DNA of 64,000 nucleotides from Acutalibacteraceae bacterium (GTDB lineage: Bacteria > Bacillota > Clostridia > Oscillospirales > Acutalibacteraceae): NCBI GenBank assembly GCA_045534895.1, contig JAZSKN010000033.1:890-64889 (forward strand). The letters run 5' to 3'. Below the pieces are notes generated by a model. It saw only the letters and a list, made by a program, of their open reading frames with translations. It searched no databases and was not told the origin of the DNA. Below are positions 63,501-64,000 of the stretch, piece by piece. The position numbers were made by a program, and so were the translations under genes. Every line of letters starts with the position of its first letter. Position 1 is the first letter of the stretch.

Positions 63501-64000
63501 TATACCAGAGCTTGTTGATTTAATAGAGCGTTTGTCAAACGGAGAAGATATAAATATTGATGAGGTAAATGCTCTATCCATTGTTAAAAAGTTAGAGTGT
63601 GAATCTGATTTAAACACAAGTACGCACAAAAATAACTCTAATGAACGTCAGGAGATAAGAAAAGAAATTATAGAAAACCTGTTGAGAAACGGTAGTGCGG
63701 TTATTGACAGGCATAGAAGAGTTACCTATAATGGTAATGTAAAGCAAGAATATCGTGCAGATATTGTAATAGGTTTGCCGGGCTCAGGTAAATCGAGCAC
63801 GTTAGCAGAACCATTATCAGCATTTTACTCATCAAGAGTAATTGACAGCGATATGGTAAAGAAAATGCTGCCGGAATATAATGGCGGTATAGGCGCCGGT
63901 GTTGTACATAAAGAAAGTGTAGATATAAATAATATTATACTTCAAAATGCTTTAGAAAAAGGCGATAATATTGTTTATCAAATGATTGGCGGTGGCAAGG
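57565..64000 (+). CDS. Giant phage polyvalent protein (at least 2145 aa, 3' end outside the window): trunk, HExxH zincin-like, LPD-like, ART-PolyVal-like and zeta-toxin-like P-loop kinase
   Basis: Not in the ORF track. I read every codon from ATG 57565 (RBS AAGGGTGG) to base 64000 and found no stop. Motifs: SHEMVH (59731-59745), LYHWT..FGFHFGT..GYDGIIYEN..SYSLIVLYPEQI (62881-63310), and Walker A GLPGSGKS (63772-63795). Confidence 0.85.
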   Translation, partial: MDDINISKFRLGGDTALSKESPVNLDKFRVLDTKSYDYYTKQNQINAVGMDTLKDDLLKVNNSIQSAYSNWQTKEQMKNTQSDIKSMYTRLTTLQNLCKTNGITDGEKELSEVVEAYKSTLDGWNDLASYYNKFKTADAYNKNNLQIKKLNDEYNKAKNDDVNAVKGELNAWEKELEKILNGKEWLSNDEWRTNNDGSFTIPYSATHLPEVFAGKTLSQAEEIVKNKRAYLEKAIRIQEDEKYSKLVESGEGEKGYKKWLEYAKDTNDYKYNNATKKRTTFALSKPIRAVSDNIIFNKMLDTSHERPKDDWTKKELYQFGARWDENNPDIAYNYAIRVNNENAIEQKNIAKQKAADFATKNFATGAIATIGSILAKTLAVSDYVDDLTDKAAHRNAIVEEPNLTPFEWATASTGAISEKLNQMGTLDSNIPIIGGKGWGDLYALGGSIAQSAALTAIGGPWLTAVSFFGQGAADAVNDATERGATIDEALCYGTIVGAAEMVSEYIGADKLLKVGKGEILSAFKEILKQAGAEGIEEMFSETINNIADNVIMGDKSRFNQLVNQYKAQGFSEQAAASMAWTKTIEEIAYSGLSGMLSGGVHAAPVVIFNKINKAYLDMPLTNGYVDVSVIDFSNTVTNTVKTNNGNQVNWNDLDFDQQTAIIGVSNFAKNMGLNVTWISDGAKRGMNGAYEITGNKMLIDVNAGKTKLNGNSFESTIIPTASHEMVHWVKNKSPEIYAKLENFVFETFALQGISNESVVAKRRTLMEKAHKDVAYTNEDVIEEVVARACEDMLQDSKKFKKCLYTMNTLQQKTVLGKLTETFNSIKRWINNFSSESHSNSDEAQIIRKDMVRFKQQINLYEKMLIDASQLGEYNDFYDTSSTNSTQINKIKYSDISTDGLTKPNIYEYAKRIKQKYNSNIDEGVIMDRLKAITNNKNLPQDSLLQAVYNYSENEIGRLNQTQRLINELAVEIAQGIKPVYDEYANEVLSFIKGDNLYLDRNQRLKIKYMYGSLTDYHNRVGIKLSNPKNPSLDEDWVALTDAWQYWSDGYPELFSNKIATEDMPARLAEVMEYLNSQSIETDYDEQAQNIARELYEEIYGLDYYEQNKETIKCYIEYFAQLYREKQITSNKYSSGNVYDDLLTLKERLVAKKHSINEYECFAWVLFNDILSKENVETLFGCYADYKNKKIQFSQTKFGEAIVFFEECPDVLVYIKGPAINPVVTQIVQINNQDNEMLSKIKNMILLNEKEQNIFSMQTVKKAFGENAITVHKLENYKSYWDYQRWLTNKKKKPVKIKNEDAVDKSKIDEEVDYAELPSSRQACFVKCTDEQAIARAEKMELQGKRPLDIWRELKIVRGIFGDWVTTIAADGIRLYANGTAKTDSHTRNIRLKRTGGNIEGKLSDFLMWKQLYKKFPHFKDVSVLLTDAKYSYDTVKYLPIRNTIVVDKKLCEEFLKKKNRDLIAYMLREVQRMIQIEEGKYIGKNRDYWVDQERAGKLPFSKLLNRYLTADDMMKYFIDNYEAEMVAKMQIVSDLIYRTAHHAYPDFSEIMLISPDVEPDKALTFDKDENLVSVKEKDAIDGNNFFKDYKTTEKYTKEPYQKDETLKDNSSINEAPTKNEGDFFTSANNRQNLLDKDNFSKYNDNSLNKGEKYNGENAELLARGAISAANRGDDILRQPGSNSKTLAECLGMPKGTNEPHIEAIRAGECGWLVKKSNSASKETRKSFNSGILRRIRGIKLSGKDTVGGIVSPQILDEFKDTICKDENGNLISLYHWTTEIFETFKKGEFGFHFGTLNAARDRYLQLKEETPDISAGVFKEVILNITNPIEINDEMGEWNANWVAFHLLQKGIIDEQQYNDLSKLSGFNKNTYDNPAAKAVREILAKNGYDGIIYENLSEDVGSYSLIVLYPEQIITVSENGVLKENSGISRATLETQVTSLNSEDKSANIINADEVIEGIRGEDKRSLGDEQDTTKTRAIPELVDLIERLSNGEDINIDEVNALSIVKKLECESDLNTSTHKNNSNERQEIRKEIIENLLRNGSAVIDRHRRVTYNGNVKQEYRADIVIGLPGSGKSSTLAEPLSAFYSSRVIDSDMVKKMLPEYNGGIGAGVVHKESVDINNIILQNALEKGDNIVYQMIGGGK

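Larger units (their letters stand above)
39314..64000. mobile_element. Prophage (right end outside the window); no integrase or replication module in the visible part
   Basis: Order: CI-like repressor, divergent operator region, late regulator, terS, terL, scaffold, capsid, toxin island, portal, structural genes, giant polyvalent ORF. Confidence 0.8.

Overview
AT-rich Clostridia-type chromosome segment, inferred from the sporulation gene spoIVB, a cohesin/dockerin surface protein and low-GC promoters and RBSs. It may be a Ruminococcus/Oscillospiraceae-like gut anaerobe, but that is inference only. I saw no rRNA, tRNA, CRISPR array, transposase or integrase. Layout: (1) 1-11.9 kb is core: a surface LRR/Ig/cohesin/dockerin protein, an amino-acid ABC transporter, a YerC-like regulator, a sigma factor, an OmpR-type two-component pair with an HtrA protease, and spoIVB. 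(2) 11.9-16.9 kb is a ~5 kb recombinase-less island sitting in the 3' end of spoIVB, with the displaced gene tail still present at 16889-17053. It carries a DUF4160/DUF2442 pair and an XRE-controlled SPFH/zinc-ribbon/membrane operon. (3) 17.1-34.6 kb is an accessory carbohydrate region: GH29, a GH94-like enzyme, three tandem signal-peptide-less GH16 paralogues, VanW, GH4 with AraC, a lipase, two DUF4886 paralogues, and a hairpin repeat family (GTCATTGCGAG..GCAATCC). (4) 35-39.3 kb holds PBP1A, eda and kdgK. (5) 39.3 to beyond 64 kb is a prophage: CI-like repressor with operators, late regulator, terS, terL, scaffold, capsid, portal and structural genes. The most interesting content is in the prophage. 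A ~7 kb polymorphic toxin/immunity island lies between the capsid and portal genes. It has one expressed 917-aa trunk protein with a WHH nuclease tip and SUKH immunity, followed by two start-less orphan tip+immunity cassettes (JAB-like; PBECR + EssD/YeeF-like nuclease with DUF600-like immunity). All are joined through a conserved junction encoding GIWEDSPK(R/S).KN(I/V)VEK.QLE. In addition, an uninterrupted ORF of at least 2145 codons (57565 to the window end) is absent from the supplied ORF track. It looks like a phage polyvalent protein: HExxH, an ART-PolyVal-like domain and a zeta-toxin-like P-loop kinase attached through a related linker.
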